From Hyalangium minutum (lineage in GTDB: Bacteria; Myxococcota; Myxococcia; Myxococcales; Myxococcaceae): a stretch of 248,000 nucleotides of DNA. The position numbers and the translations under genes were made by a program. The stretch is taken from the NCBI RefSeq assembly GCF_000737315.1, contig NZ_JMCB01000001.1, forward strand, positions 20,001 through 268,000, in the 5' to 3' direction. The notes beneath the pieces are model-generated. The model did not search any database, was not told where the DNA came from, and worked only from the letters and a program-made list of their open reading frames with translations. Shown one piece after another: positions 79,701 to 89,691 of the stretch (positions are counted from its first letter, which is position 1; every line of letters begins with the position of its first letter).

Positions 79701-82443
79701 AGCCGTACTCTTCGTCCAGCCGGAGGTACTCCACCTCCAGCGGCTTGAGGCTCTTGGCATCAGCCACGAGCTTGCCATCCCAGTCCACCACCACGCCGGT
79801 GACGGTGAAGGGCTTGCCCGCGCTCACCTTCTGCACGCCGGCCTGGAGGCCCACGTAGTAGGCCTCGGGGTGCATGGGCACCACGGCATCCCCCAGCGTC
79901 GAGCGGCCGCTGCCTGCCTCGAAGACGCTGGCCTGCGCGACCAGCTTCGCCGGGCCCTTGAAGCCGCCCGCCGTCTCACGCGCGGGGCACTCGGCAAGCG
80001 CCTGGCCCTTGTCGTTCACCTCGGCCTTCACCTGGCCCAGCGTGACGGCCTTGGCCTCGGTGGCCTTCTGGCGCCACACGCCGTAGGTGAAGTTCGCGTT
80101 CTCCTTGGGCTTGAAGTCGGAGGGCTCCAGGCGGCAGGTGAGCTCCACCGGGCTGCCCTCGGCCGAGCCACCGAACAGGTACGCGGCCTCCACCTTCACC
80201 GGCACGGGCGAGCCCTGCAGGTAGCCGGGCTTGTCCACGCTGGCCGTCACCTTCATGCGCTCGGGGACGAACTCCTCCACCTGGAGGCCGTAGCTGGCCA
80301 CCTCGCGGTCCGCCACACGCAGCGTCACGCGGTAGCTGCCCGTGTCCTGGAAGGCCTCGAAGGGCAGATCCAGCGCCACGAGGCCCGCCTCGTTCGTCTT
80401 CAGCGCCACCTTCTTGAACTCGCGCTCGCGCGGATCCACCACGCGCAGCTCCACCGGCATGCCCGCCGGAGGCGCCTTGTTGTCCTGGCCGCGCAGAATG
80501 GCCGTCACGTGGGCGGTGTCTCCCGGGCGGTACACGCCGCGGTCCGTGTAGATGGAGGCGCGGTAGGCGGCCTCGGCGCGGTACGGCTCGCCCTGCACGT
80601 CCGAGTTGGCGATCTCCGTCTTGAGCTCGCTGTACTTCAGATAGGTCAGCTCATCGCCCTTGCGAGCGATGAGGGCGAACGGAGCCGAGGTGTCCACACC
80701 CTGCGCGGGCACCTGGAGCTTGCAGCCATCCGCGCCGCTGGTGGTGCAGCGGACCACGGCCTGGCCGCTCTTCTTCACCAGGGACACCTCGACGCCGGAC
80801 AGCGGCTCGGTGGACTCCATGCCGAGCGCCCACACGAGGACCTCGGCCTGCCCATCGGCCGAGATACCGCCGCGCTTGGCCACGAGGCTCAAGTCCGTGA
80901 GGAGGATGCGCGCGGCGGCCTGAGCCTCGTCCTGCTTGACGGAGATCTCCACCACGCCCCGGGTGCTGGAGGGCACCATGCTGCCGACGTCCAGGTACGT
81001 GGTGGTGAGCGCATCCGGAGCGCCCTTCAGGGGGATCTTCTTGGAGACGATCAGGTTGGAGGTGCGCTCGTCGGCGGCCTCCCGATCGTCGTTGCTCATC
81101 CAGAAGACGAGGTTCTCGGGGGGCACGTGGCGGACGGACAGCTCCACGGACTCCACGTTGAGGTGGTTGAGGGGCAGGTTGCGCCAGGCGCTGCGAGGCA
81201 GGTAGCGGCCCGCCGAGGTGAAGGCCACCTGCGGCTTGCGAGCGCTGATGGAGTAGCGGTTCTCGAACTTGGACAGCAGCCGGCCGCCGCCCATGGAGAG
81301 GGTACCCGCGTCGATCTTCAGCGTGTACGTGCCGCGCTTGAAGTCACCGAAGATGCGGAAGCCCTTGCGCGACGGGGAGATGGAGAACTTCACCGGCGGG
81401 TTGAAGTGGATGGCATCCGCAGCGACGTTGTCGTCCAGCACGCAGCCCAGGTTCTCGTGGTCGTAGTAGTACGGATCCCACTCGCCCTCGTCCGGCGGAG
81501 GCGGCGCGTTCATCTCCGAGTCGCGGCAGTTGACCTCCATATAGAAGCCGCTGTTGCCCTCGGTGACGGCGACGCGGGTGACGTCCAGGCGCTTGCCGCC
81601 CTGGAGCTCGAAGGTGTCCTCGGCGGCGGGCGCGGTGCCACCCCCCTTGGGCGAGGTGAGCCCCGCCTTGAGCGCGAAGCGCACCTTGGCGCCCGGCCGG
81701 AGCAGGGGGCTGGTGAGCTGCGCGACGACGATGTGGCGCTGGGTGGCGTGGGAGGTGAACTTCACGTCGCTCAGCGACTTGCCCTCCACCTGGAAGCTGG
81801 CGAACTTGCGCAGCGTGTTGGGCTCCACCGGGCCGGAGAAGAGCAGCTCCGCGGTGACCAGGCCCTTGGTGACGTCGATCTGCGCCGGGGCCATGCGGAA
81901 GAAGGAGAGGCTCGGCGTCGCAAAGCTGTGGCTCCAGGCGCCCTCGGAGGGAGCCTTCACCACGCCGGAGGGCGTCTCCACGGACTCGAGGGTGACGGTG
82001 TACGTCGTCCCGAGCGCGAAGCCGTTGGCGGGGGTGAAGGAGAGCGCGGAGCTGTTTCCGTAGAACTCCAGGTTGCCGCCCACCTCGGGGGAGAAGCGGA
82101 CCACCGTCTTCTTCCCGTCATTCTCCGGGTAGGCGACGCTGCGGGGGAACTCGAAGATGACCTTGTCCGGGACGGCGCCCTCGGGGCCGAGCTCCTTGAT
82201 GACGGGAGTGTAGGACTCGGGCTTGAGGGGCTCCGTGCTGGCCTGAGGCTGCGAGCCCGGGCTGGACGTCTGGCCGGAGCTGGAGCCGGACGCAGGGGCG
82301 CCCGGGACGGGGGTGGCCGGGGTTGGCCCAGACTTCTCTTCCTTGCAGGCGGCGAGCGCGGTGCCTACCACCAGGACCGCCACCCACCACCGCGCGCGGG
82401 CGGAGCGGAGCGGACTCGGTGTGACGCGAGACTGCGAACTCAT
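76708..82443 (-). CDS. Alpha-2-macroglobulin family lipoprotein
   Basis: lipobox LAAC, YPYGCIEQ thioester motif, DRGVYRPG. Confidence 0.93.
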   Translation of the reverse strand: MSSQSRVTPSPLRSARARWWVAVLVVGTALAACKEEKSGPTPATPVPGAPASGSSSGQTSSPGSQPQASTEPLKPESYTPVIKELGPEGAVPDKVIFEFPRSVAYPENDGKKTVVRFSPEVGGNLEFYGNSSALSFTPANGFALGTTYTVTLESVETPSGVVKAPSEGAWSHSFATPSLSFFRMAPAQIDVTKGLVTAELLFSGPVEPNTLRKFASFQVEGKSLSDVKFTSHATQRHIVVAQLTSPLLRPGAKVRFALKAGLTSPKGGGTAPAAEDTFELQGGKRLDVTRVAVTEGNSGFYMEVNCRDSEMNAPPPPDEGEWDPYYYDHENLGCVLDDNVAADAIHFNPPVKFSISPSRKGFRIFGDFKRGTYTLKIDAGTLSMGGGRLLSKFENRYSISARKPQVAFTSAGRYLPRSAWRNLPLNHLNVESVELSVRHVPPENLVFWMSNDDREAADERTSNLIVSKKIPLKGAPDALTTTYLDVGSMVPSSTRGVVEISVKQDEAQAAARILLTDLSLVAKRGGISADGQAEVLVWALGMESTEPLSGVEVSLVKKSGQAVVRCTTSGADGCKLQVPAQGVDTSAPFALIARKGDELTYLKYSELKTEIANSDVQGEPYRAEAAYRASIYTDRGVYRPGDTAHVTAILRGQDNKAPPAGMPVELRVVDPREREFKKVALKTNEAGLVALDLPFEAFQDTGSYRVTLRVADREVASYGLQVEEFVPERMKVTASVDKPGYLQGSPVPVKVEAAYLFGGSAEGSPVELTCRLEPSDFKPKENANFTYGVWRQKATEAKAVTLGQVKAEVNDKGQALAECPARETAGGFKGPAKLVAQASVFEAGSGRSTLGDAVVPMHPEAYYVGLQAGVQKVSAGKPFTVTGVVVDWDGKLVADAKSLKPLEVEYLRLDEEYGYYYDEDEGYERYQRYLRPVREGRGTAKVQGGKFQLDVTPTQDAAGFIVRVRSGAAQTDLYLEGNGRYYWYGDGEARVDQTPRPLKPASIALELPKLGKLNESIAVKFKVPYRGRVLLTAETDQVIASEWKAVEPGEVTWAFTPKTYAPNVYVSAFLVKDPHLESAEAFMPDRAFGVASVPLEPTDYTQTVKLSAPTEVRSNSTLTVNLELGPQEGPTFATVAVVDEGILSLTRFKTPDPLKELFAKRALGVETYETIGWTLLVPPGGNSRSTGGDESGAGGRVQPVKPVALWSGVLPVPANGKLTVPFQLPMYRGAVRVMAITTGPQRVGRADAQVLVRDPLVLQTTLPRFLTQNDEIQIPVFLTNLSGGPQEVKVTLTAENLPVPGMAMPAASMGSPLQMLGKSEGRTKLENGKATTLVFQAKAIQSVGAARLKVTAEAGGFTAFEQLDVPLLPAGPRERLVQRIPLEAGKVDMAQYLQGWVPTTERSTFWVTTNPYAESMQHLSYLVRYPYGCIEQTTSSTRPLLFVSQLIDNVDPSLTGDKKVEDMVMAGINRVLSMQTPSGGFAYWPGSAEPVAWGTAYATHMLLDAQKLKYPVPQDRLDDAISWLGTELNRKEGNAGRDDHYGQSAEAYMHYVLSMAGKGRKARIQKLVDELAQKKTLNGEAREEEHLLKAALYMAGDRRYEKDLKNPDLSPVTDERRNTWSFYSDRRRRGLMLSTFQDLFGNDPAGEPLAQQVAQSLIGHSSYWYTTQELVWSITGLGKRVSGAASSFTPPTLVADGKEVAPKNNEGGKTVRASDRTWALVRASERKGVTLDLKEKGEGKLFLIINSDGVRSNGDVKTGGNGLAINRTYKKLDGSTVSPGDAVNLADLLYVEVELKNTTSERIQNIALVDRLPAGWEIENARLGRGGAVEWVDSEQLWTADYVNIRDDRMEVFGSLQAGESKKVVYAVRAVTAGKFTLPPVEAEAMYDPRIWARQAGEQVEVSGPWKDFLL

Positions 82444-82690
82444 GTTTCCTCCGAAGGACGGCATCGACTTACACGCCGCGTGCCGGAGGCCCGGCATCGG
82501 CGGCGAGGGGAAGTGTGGTCGCCTGCCCACGGCCCGACGGCGCCCCCCGCGCGTCTCGGGGCCCACACGGTGGCTCGGGAGCCACGGGGCCCCTCCGCCC
82601 ACCGTCCGGGCAGCGATCGGCGGCGGACGCTAGGCGTCACGGTGACGGCGGTCAACGGTGCCCACGGGTAGGCGCTAAGGTGCACGACCC

Positions 82691-83413
82691 ATGGTGCTCC
82701 CCATCCGCTTCGTCCTGATGCGTCCGCGCAACGCGGAGAACCTCGGTGCCGCCGCGCGGGCCTTGAAGAACTGTGGCCTGTCCGAGTGGACCTGGGTGCG
82801 GCCCGAGGCGGAGGATTTGGAGCCGGCCCGGCGGCTGGCGGTGCACGCGGAGGACGTGCTGGGCGGGGTGAAGCGGGCGGACACGCTGGAGGAGGCGGTG
82901 GCCGACTGCGTGTGGGTGGTGGGGACGAGCTCCCGGAAGGTGGAGGGCAAGCGGCGCCTGTCGCCCCGGGCTGTCGGAGAAGAGCTGGTGGCCCGGGCAG
83001 CCCAGGGGCCAGTGGCGGTGGTCTTCGGAGACGAGCGCAGCGGGCTGACGAACGCGGAGGTGGAGCGATGCCACGATCTGTCCGCGGTGCCGACGGATCC
83101 GTCGCAGCCATCCATCAACCTGGCGCAGGCGGTGCTGCTGTACGCCTACGAGGTGCGAATGGCCTCGCTGGCGGCGGCGCCTCCCCCACCCGCTCCGCTG
83201 CCCGTGGCGGCCTCGGACGCGGAGCTGGCGCGCGTGGAGCAGACCCTGGAGGAGACGCTCAAGACCGGGGGCTTCCTCGTGGATGAACAACCGGGGCGCA
83301 CGGGGCTGAGGGACCTGTTCGCCCCCCTGCGGCGCTCGCGGCTCACGCGCAACGAGGCACAGCTGTGGCTCGCGGCGCTCCACACCGTCCGAAAGCGGCT
83401 GACCTCGGGCTGA
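82691..83413 (+). CDS. TrmJ/LasT-family SPOUT RNA methyltransferase
   Basis: NLGAAARA.KN.G, FG.E..GL, S.NLAQA. Confidence 0.88.
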   Translation: MVLPIRFVLMRPRNAENLGAAARALKNCGLSEWTWVRPEAEDLEPARRLAVHAEDVLGGVKRADTLEEAVADCVWVVGTSSRKVEGKRRLSPRAVGEELVARAAQGPVAVVFGDERSGLTNAEVERCHDLSAVPTDPSQPSINLAQAVLLYAYEVRMASLAAAPPPPAPLPVAASDAELARVEQTLEETLKTGGFLVDEQPGRTGLRDLFAPLRRSRLTRNEAQLWLAALHTVRKRLTSG

Positions 83414-83449
83414 CCGGGCGGTGCTCTGATTTGACAACCTGAGCCCAAG

Positions 83450-84073
83450 TTGTCAAATATGTCCGGAATGACTTCCGACGCCCCCTCTCCGCGAAAGCCC
83501 CTCGACGAGGCGCGTCAGCGCAGGCTGCTGGAGGCCGCGCTGACGGTCTTCCTGCGCTACGGGTTCCGGAAGACGTCCATGGACGAGGTGGCCCGGGCCG
83601 CTCAGGTATCGAGGCAGGGGCTGTACCTGCACTTCGCGACCAAGGAAGAGCTGTTCCGGGCCACCGTCGAGTACACGCTCGAGAACTCTCTGGCCGCCGC
83701 GACCGCCGCACTGGGAGATGCCTCGCTCCGGCTGGAGGCACGGCTGGTGCGCGCCTTCGACGAAGTCACGGGCCGGCACGTCGGGATGATGGGTGCGGGC
83801 GCATCCGACCTTCTCGAGGCCGGTGGCGAAATCATCGGCCCCATGCTTGCCCGCCATGAGGAACTGTTCCTGGAAGCGGTCGCCAAGACGCTGCGTACGT
83901 CCGGGCTGCTGGCCGCCTACAAGACCGCCGGGCTCACGGCGCGCCAGCTCGCGGACACGCTCTACGCGACGTCACGCGGGCTGAAGCACAGCAGCGCGAA
84001 CCGGGAAGCCTTCGTCGCGGGAATGACGGTCGCCGTCCGCGCCATGTGCGCACCACTCGAGGAGAGCGCATGA
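83450..84073 (+). CDS. TetR family regulator
   Basis: N-terminal HTH, LY.HF.TKEEL. Confidence 0.88.
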   Translation: MSNMSGMTSDAPSPRKPLDEARQRRLLEAALTVFLRYGFRKTSMDEVARAAQVSRQGLYLHFATKEELFRATVEYTLENSLAAATAALGDASLRLEARLVRAFDEVTGRHVGMMGAGASDLLEAGGEIIGPMLARHEELFLEAVAKTLRTSGLLAAYKTAGLTARQLADTLYATSRGLKHSSANREAFVAGMTVAVRAMCAPLEESA

Positions 84074-85236
84074 AGAACTTGAGGAAGCAGAGCTGGCTGC
84101 GCTGGGGTTTGGGGGGACTGGGCGCACTGTTCGCCCTGGTCGTGGTGGGCGCGCTGGTGGACGGCTGGAGGGCCTTTGGCCAGCGGGCCATAGGAGACCG
84201 GCGCGCGAGGATGGAGAAGTCGACCCAGTGGAGCAGCGGCCACTTCGTGAACCCACAGCCGATGGTCAATGATCTGTGGGGCTCGCTGGTGGGGGCGTTC
84301 AACGCCAGCAAGGATGCCAGCCCCTCACAACCGATCCCCACGGTGCGTGGTGGCGCCGAGCGCTTCGCCACGCCCCCGCCCTCGGGCCTGCGCGTGACCT
84401 GGCTTGGGCACTCGACGATCCTGGTGGAGGTGGACGGCCACCGCATCCTCACGGATCCGGTCTGGGGCGAGCGCGCGTCGCCGCTGAGCACGGTGGGGCC
84501 AAAGCGCTGGTATGCGCCGCTCCTCGCGCTCAAAGAGCTGCCCCCGGTGGACGCCGTCGTCATCTCCCACGACCACTATGACCACTTGGACGCTCCGACC
84601 CTCACCGCGATGAAGGACTGGGACACCACCTTCATCGTGCCGCTCGGGGTCGGCGCGCACCTGGAGTACTGGGGCGTGCCCGCGTCGCGCATCATCGAGC
84701 TCGACTGGTGGGAGCGCACGAAGGTGAAGGGGCTGGAGATCGTCGCCACACCTTCGCGCCATGCCTCGGGGCGCTTCGTTACCGACACCAATGCGACACT
84801 CTGGGCCAGCTATGCGCTGCTGGGCCCCACACATCGCGTGTGGTTCTCAGGGGACACGGGGCTGTTCCCCGCGATGCGGGACATTGGCGAGCGACTGGGG
84901 CCCTTCGACCTGACGATGATCGAGTCGGGAGAGTACGGGAGTGCCTGGCCCGACTGGCACCTGGGCCCCGAGCAGGCCGTCACCGCGCACCAGATGGTCC
85001 GCGGCCGAGTGATGCTGCCGGTGCACTGGGGGCTCTTCAACCTCGCGTTCCATGGGTGGACGGAGCCAGCGGAGCGCGTGCTCGTAGCGGCGAAGCGGTT
85101 GGGGGTGACGGCGGTGTTCCCCAAGCCGGGCCAGAGCTTCGAACCGGCGGCGCCGCCTCCCTTCGAGCGCTGGTGGCCGGAGCTGCCTTGGGAGACCGCG
85201 GAGCAAGCGCCCATCGTCGCGTCGCAGATGAACTGA
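84070..85236 (+). CDS. MBL-fold metallo-hydrolase (NAPE-PLD-like)
   Basis: SHDHYDHLD, GDTG, P.HWG.F. Confidence 0.88.
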   Translation: MKNLRKQSWLRWGLGGLGALFALVVVGALVDGWRAFGQRAIGDRRARMEKSTQWSSGHFVNPQPMVNDLWGSLVGAFNASKDASPSQPIPTVRGGAERFATPPPSGLRVTWLGHSTILVEVDGHRILTDPVWGERASPLSTVGPKRWYAPLLALKELPPVDAVVISHDHYDHLDAPTLTAMKDWDTTFIVPLGVGAHLEYWGVPASRIIELDWWERTKVKGLEIVATPSRHASGRFVTDTNATLWASYALLGPTHRVWFSGDTGLFPAMRDIGERLGPFDLTMIESGEYGSAWPDWHLGPEQAVTAHQMVRGRVMLPVHWGLFNLAFHGWTEPAERVLVAAKRLGVTAVFPKPGQSFEPAAPPPFERWWPELPWETAEQAPIVASQMN

Positions 85237-85406
85237 TCTCCTCGCAAGAAGAAGCCATCCATGACGCAGAGGCGGACACTGATGAAGGCCGGCTGGCAAC
85301 AGGCCGCCCAAGCCCTTGCCCCCCGTACAGCCAGGGGGGCAACCCCGAGTCACCGCCGCTCTGGGGACCTACCTTCTGGAAAGCGCCATCGACCAGGAGC
85401 GACTCC

Positions 85407-85622
85407 ATGAACCACATGCCTTATGAAGACACCGGGCTGAGCGCCGGCCGGGACGAGGAGCCCAAGCGGGAGGCGCCCACGCGCGAGATGCCGGGCCGCA
85501 CGCCCCACTCCGCCGAGGGCACCGACAAGGAGCGCAAGGTGCCCGCAGGAGAGCCCGGTAAGACGCCCGGCTCGGCCGAGGGAGAGGAGCCCGACGAATT
85601 CCCCAACGCCCCGCGCTACTGA
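85407..85622 (+). CDS. Small hydrophilic hypothetical protein
   Basis: PG.TP.SAEG repeats. Confidence 0.5.
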   Translation: MNHMPYEDTGLSAGRDEEPKREAPTREMPGRTPHSAEGTDKERKVPAGEPGKTPGSAEGEEPDEFPNAPRY

Positions 85623-85665
85623 GATCCGCGCATCGCGCGCCGCAGCGGGTACAGTGCCGGCCTCC

Positions 85666-86478
85666 ATGGCTCGCAAGCCCCCACCTCGCCGGCACTCGGC
85701 CCCCCCTCCCAAGCATCCAAACCGCAGCCGCTGGGAGGGCAAGGCCAAGCCGGACTGGCTCTCGCGAGCGCTCGCCCGGGCAGGAGCTTTCCCCCTCGCC
85801 GAGGCCGAGGAGGCCATCCGCGCCGGACGTGTCACCCTCAACGGGCGTGTGGTGGACCAGCCACTGGCTCCAGTCCCGGAGGGAGCGGTCATCCGCGTGG
85901 ATGGAGCCGAGCTGGCCCGCGAGGTGGAGACGCGGGTGCTGGCCTTCCACAAGCCCGCGGACCTGCTCACCTCCACCGTGAGCCAGCACCGCACGGGCAC
86001 CGTGTACGAAGTGCTCCTGCCCCAGCTCCCGGATGAGCTCTCCCGCTACACGTGGCACGCCATCGGCCGGCTGGATCGAGGCACCACCGGCCTGCTGCTC
86101 TTCACCAACGACGAGAAGCTCGTGGCGCACGCCACCTCGCCAGAGACCCACCTGCCCAAGCGCTACGTGGCCACGGTGCAGGGCACGGCGGATGAATCGA
86201 AGGTCGAGCCCCTGTGCCGCGGCGTCATGCTGGAGGACGGCCCCACCCGGCCCGCGAAGGTGAAGCTGCGCGACGCCCACACCGTGGAGGTCACCGTCAC
86301 CGAGGGCCGCCACCACCAGGTGAAGCGCATGCTCGGCGCCGTGGGGTTGCCTGTGCGCGCGCTGCACCGCGAGGCCGTGGGCGGTGTGGAGCTGGACGTG
86401 GCCGAGGGCACCTTCCGCCAGCTCACCCCCGAGGAGATCTCCCTGGGCCTGCGCTACAGCGGAAGAGCGCAGGACTAG
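85666..86478 (+). CDS. Pseudouridine synthase (RsuA/RluB family)
   Basis: S4 domain, GRLD..TTGLLL, EGR.HQVKRM. Confidence 0.92.
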   Translation: MARKPPPRRHSAPPPKHPNRSRWEGKAKPDWLSRALARAGAFPLAEAEEAIRAGRVTLNGRVVDQPLAPVPEGAVIRVDGAELAREVETRVLAFHKPADLLTSTVSQHRTGTVYEVLLPQLPDELSRYTWHAIGRLDRGTTGLLLFTNDEKLVAHATSPETHLPKRYVATVQGTADESKVEPLCRGVMLEDGPTRPAKVKLRDAHTVEVTVTEGRHHQVKRMLGAVGLPVRALHREAVGGVELDVAEGTFRQLTPEEISLGLRYSGRAQD

Positions 86479-86486
86479 GAATCCCT

Positions 86487-87029
86487 CTACCAGGTGATGT
86501 CGTAGATGCAGGCGTGGGCGCCCTTCTCCCGGCAGCCCTGCTCCAGGTGCTCGACCCGCACCCACAGTGAGTCCTTGGGCCGGTAGCGCTCTCCCAGTGC
86601 CTCCAGCATGCCCTTGTCGAAGTCACACGGATAAGGGTCGTCGCAGACCATCCGTCCCCTGCGCTCTCCGGCGGGCTCATAGTGGTAGCTGCCAATGAGC
86701 CCCGCGCCTCGGTGGAACATCTGATAGCTCACGTTGATGAAGCGCAGGGCGTCATCGAGCGTGCGGACGTGGGACGGGTAGTGGAGGACGTTCTCGGAGA
86801 GCTTCCGGCCCACGGCCCTCATCGTGTTGGGGCCGATCTCCGTCTGGATCTTCCGGGTGGCATCCACGAGCCGGCTCATGGGGTACCAGGCCTCGGCTTC
86901 GATCGGGGCGAGGCCTTGCTCTGTCAGAATCTTCAGCGCCCGCTTCTGGATGAGTCCCATCGCCTGGACGATGGCTTGAAGAGCCTCTCCCTTGACCTCG
87001 ACCTGCGAAATCGAAATGCGCGCAGCCAT
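86487..87029 (-). CDS. V4R-like hypothetical protein
   Basis: PYPCDFD.G, C...G...C.Y.I.W. Confidence 0.6.
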   Translation of the reverse strand: MAARISISQVEVKGEALQAIVQAMGLIQKRALKILTEQGLAPIEAEAWYPMSRLVDATRKIQTEIGPNTMRAVGRKLSENVLHYPSHVRTLDDALRFINVSYQMFHRGAGLIGSYHYEPAGERRGRMVCDDPYPCDFDKGMLEALGERYRPKDSLWVRVEHLEQGCREKGAHACIYDITW

Positions 87030-87095
87030 GCATTTCCCCCTTGGAAAGAACATTTATCATAGCTTCCGGCCCCTGAGTGGAGGACAGGGACGGGC

Positions 87096-88490
87096 ATGGC
87101 TGACGACTTCGACTTGGTGGTAATTGGCTCGGGCCCCGCGGGCGAGCAGGGCGCTGTCCACGCTGCACGGCTCGGCAAGCGCGTGGTGGTGGTCGAGAAG
87201 GAGCCCGTCCCCGGTGGCACTGCGGCCAACACCGGCACCCTGCCCTCCAAGACGCTGCGCGAGACGGCGCTCTACCTCTCCGGCTACCGCGCCCGCGGCC
87301 TCTTCGGCGTGGAGACCGTGCTGAAGCGGGAGGCCACCGTCTCCGATCTCCTCTACCGCGAGCGCCGAGTGAAGGAGACCGAGCGCGCCCGCATCGACGT
87401 GAACCTCGAGCGCAACGGCGTGGAGCGAGTGCAGGGCAAGGGCTCGCTCGTGGACGCGCACACCGTCCTGGTCCAGCGCGAGGGACACCCCGATCGCCGG
87501 ATCACGGCCCGCTTCATCCTCATCGCCACCGGCTCCTCGCCCTACCGCCCGCCGCTCTACCCGTTCGATGATCCCCGGGTACACGACTCGGACGAGCTCC
87601 TCGACATCACGGCGCTGCCCAGCGCGCTGATGGTGGTCGGCGCTGGCGTGGTCGGCTGCGAGTACGCGTGCATGTTCGCCGCCCTGGGCATCCCGGTGAC
87701 GCTGGTGGACCCAAAGCCGGACCTGCTGTCCTTCCTGGACACCGAATTCTCAGGGCTGCTGCGCGAGCGGATGACGGCACTCGGCGTGCGGATGCGCCTG
87801 GGGCACTCGGTGGAGGCCATCCAGGTGCCCCAGGAGAACACCGAGCCCATCCGGCTGACGCTCGCTGGCGGCGAAATGATTGAGGTGGACCAGGTGCTGG
87901 TGGCTGCGGGCCGCTCGGCCAACACCGCGGGGCTCGGGCTGGAGCCCGTGGGCGTCAAGCTGGGCAAGCGCGGCCAGGTGGAGGTGGGCTCCACGTACCA
88001 GACGGCCGTGCCCCACATCTACGCGGTGGGAGACGTGATCGGCTTCCCGGCGCTGGCCTCCACCGCGATGGAGCAAGCGCGTGTGGCGGTGCTGCACGCC
88101 TTCGGCCAAGTGCAGACGATCTCCCCGGTGCTGCCCTACGGCATCTACACCATCCCCGAGGTCTCCATGGCGGGCGAGACGGAGCAGGGCCTGATCGCCA
88201 AGGGCATCCCCTATGTCGCGGGCCGCGCCGGGTACGTCATCAATCCCCGGGGGCAGATCATCGGAGAGGGGCGCGGCAGGCTGAAGCTGCTCTTCCACCG
88301 AGAGAGCCTGAAGCTGCTCGGGGTGCATGTGCTGGGCGAGCAGGCCTCGGAGCTGGTGCACATCGGGCTGCTGGCACTGGTGGCGGGTGCTGGAACGCAG
88401 CTCTTCGTGGAAACGTGCTTCAACTACCCGACGCTCTCCGAGATGTACAAGACGGCCACTTACGACGCGCTGCAACAACTCCAGGCCTGA
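87096..88490 (+). CDS. sthA: Si-specific NAD(P)+ transhydrogenase
   Basis: GSGPAG, NTGTLPSKTLRE, FNYPT..E.YK. Confidence 0.88.
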   Translation: MADDFDLVVIGSGPAGEQGAVHAARLGKRVVVVEKEPVPGGTAANTGTLPSKTLRETALYLSGYRARGLFGVETVLKREATVSDLLYRERRVKETERARIDVNLERNGVERVQGKGSLVDAHTVLVQREGHPDRRITARFILIATGSSPYRPPLYPFDDPRVHDSDELLDITALPSALMVVGAGVVGCEYACMFAALGIPVTLVDPKPDLLSFLDTEFSGLLRERMTALGVRMRLGHSVEAIQVPQENTEPIRLTLAGGEMIEVDQVLVAAGRSANTAGLGLEPVGVKLGKRGQVEVGSTYQTAVPHIYAVGDVIGFPALASTAMEQARVAVLHAFGQVQTISPVLPYGIYTIPEVSMAGETEQGLIAKGIPYVAGRAGYVINPRGQIIGEGRGRLKLLFHRESLKLLGVHVLGEQASELVHIGLLALVAGAGTQLFVETCFNYPTLSEMYKTATYDALQQLQA

Positions 88491-88709
88491 GCTCACCGCC
88501 TCAGGGGCTGAGATTGCTGCTCAAATGACTACGTCTGTCCACAAAGAATCCAGCAGAGACGCAGAATCTTGATCCATGTGCAGCCTTGAGTGTTGACCCC
88601 CGCCATCAATCCGGGTAAAAGTCGAATTCACCAGCTAGTCAGGAAAGCCGCTTAAGCAGGGCTTACAGACTGGTCGGCCGAAGCATCGACGGCGCTGAGG
88701 GGGTCAACC

Positions 88710-89576
88710 GTGACTACCATCTATATCTTTCCAGGCCAGGGTTCTCAGAGCATCGGCATGGGCAAGGAGCTCTTCCCCCGGTACAGCCATCTGCTGCGCC
88801 AGGCGGACGCGCTGCTGGGGTACTCGGTCGCGGAGCTGTGCCTGTCCGGCCCCCAGGAGCGCCTGAGCGACACGCGCTTCACGCAGCCGGCGCTCTACGT
88901 CATCAACGCCCTGTCCTACCTGGAGACGGTGCGCCAGACGGGCGTGCTGCCAGACTTCGTCGCGGGCCACAGCCTGGGCGAGTACAGCGCCCTGTTCGCC
89001 GCGGGCGCCTTCGACTTCCTCACGGGGCTGGAGCTGGTTCAGCGCCGCGGAGAGCTGATGGCCGCCGCGAAGGGGGGCGGTATGGCGGCGGTGATCGGCC
89101 TGTCCCCGGAGCGGCTCCAGGCGCTCCTCACGCGCCACGGCCTGGCTTCGCTGGATGTCGCCAACTTCAACGCGCCCCAGCAGACAGTCCTGTCCGGGCC
89201 TACCCAGGACATTCAGCTCGCTCGGCCGCTGCTCGAGCGAGAGGGGGCCCGAACGGTGGTGCCCCTCAAGGTGAGCGCTGCCTTCCACTCGCGGTACATG
89301 CGTGACGCGGCGACAGCGTTCTCGCAGTTCCTCGCGAACTACCAGTTCGCGGAGCTGAAGATCCCGGTCATCTCCAACGTCGAGGCCGCTCCGTATCAGG
89401 ATGCACGTGTCGCCGAGACACTGGTGAAGCAGCTCGTCAGCCCCGTCCGCTGGGTCGAGAGCGTCGAGTTCCTCCTCAAGCAGCCGAACCCCCAGCTGCG
89501 CGAGGTGGGACCGGGCCAGGTCCTCACGGGTCTTACCCGGCAGATTGCCCAGCAGCCGCTGCGCGCCGTCTCCTGA
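88710..89576 (+). CDS. Trans-acting malonyl-CoA acyltransferase
   Basis: FPGQGSQ, GHSLG, VSAAFHS. Confidence 0.93.
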   Translation: MTTIYIFPGQGSQSIGMGKELFPRYSHLLRQADALLGYSVAELCLSGPQERLSDTRFTQPALYVINALSYLETVRQTGVLPDFVAGHSLGEYSALFAAGAFDFLTGLELVQRRGELMAAAKGGGMAAVIGLSPERLQALLTRHGLASLDVANFNAPQQTVLSGPTQDIQLARPLLEREGARTVVPLKVSAAFHSRYMRDAATAFSQFLANYQFAELKIPVISNVEAAPYQDARVAETLVKQLVSPVRWVESVEFLLKQPNPQLREVGPGQVLTGLTRQIAQQPLRAVS

Positions 89577-89609
89577 CAGCTCCTGATCCGCGTGTCAGGG
89601 CAGCCGTCC

Positions 89610-89646
89610 AAAAAAGCGCTCCTTGAGCGCTTTTTTCGTTTTTCCG
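89610..89646 (+). terminator. Intrinsic (bidirectional) terminator between the AT gene and PKS1
   Basis: aaaaaagcgctc-cttg-agcgctttttt. Confidence 0.75.
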
Positions 89647-89691
89647 GGCCCTTGTCATAAAACGGACGCCGCTCCCGCTCTGGACCTTCCC

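Noticed and set aside
73957-82671. 2904-aa plus-strand ORF
   Set aside because: Antisense shadow of the pbpC and alpha-2-macroglobulin genes, typical of high-GC DNA; no domain motifs.
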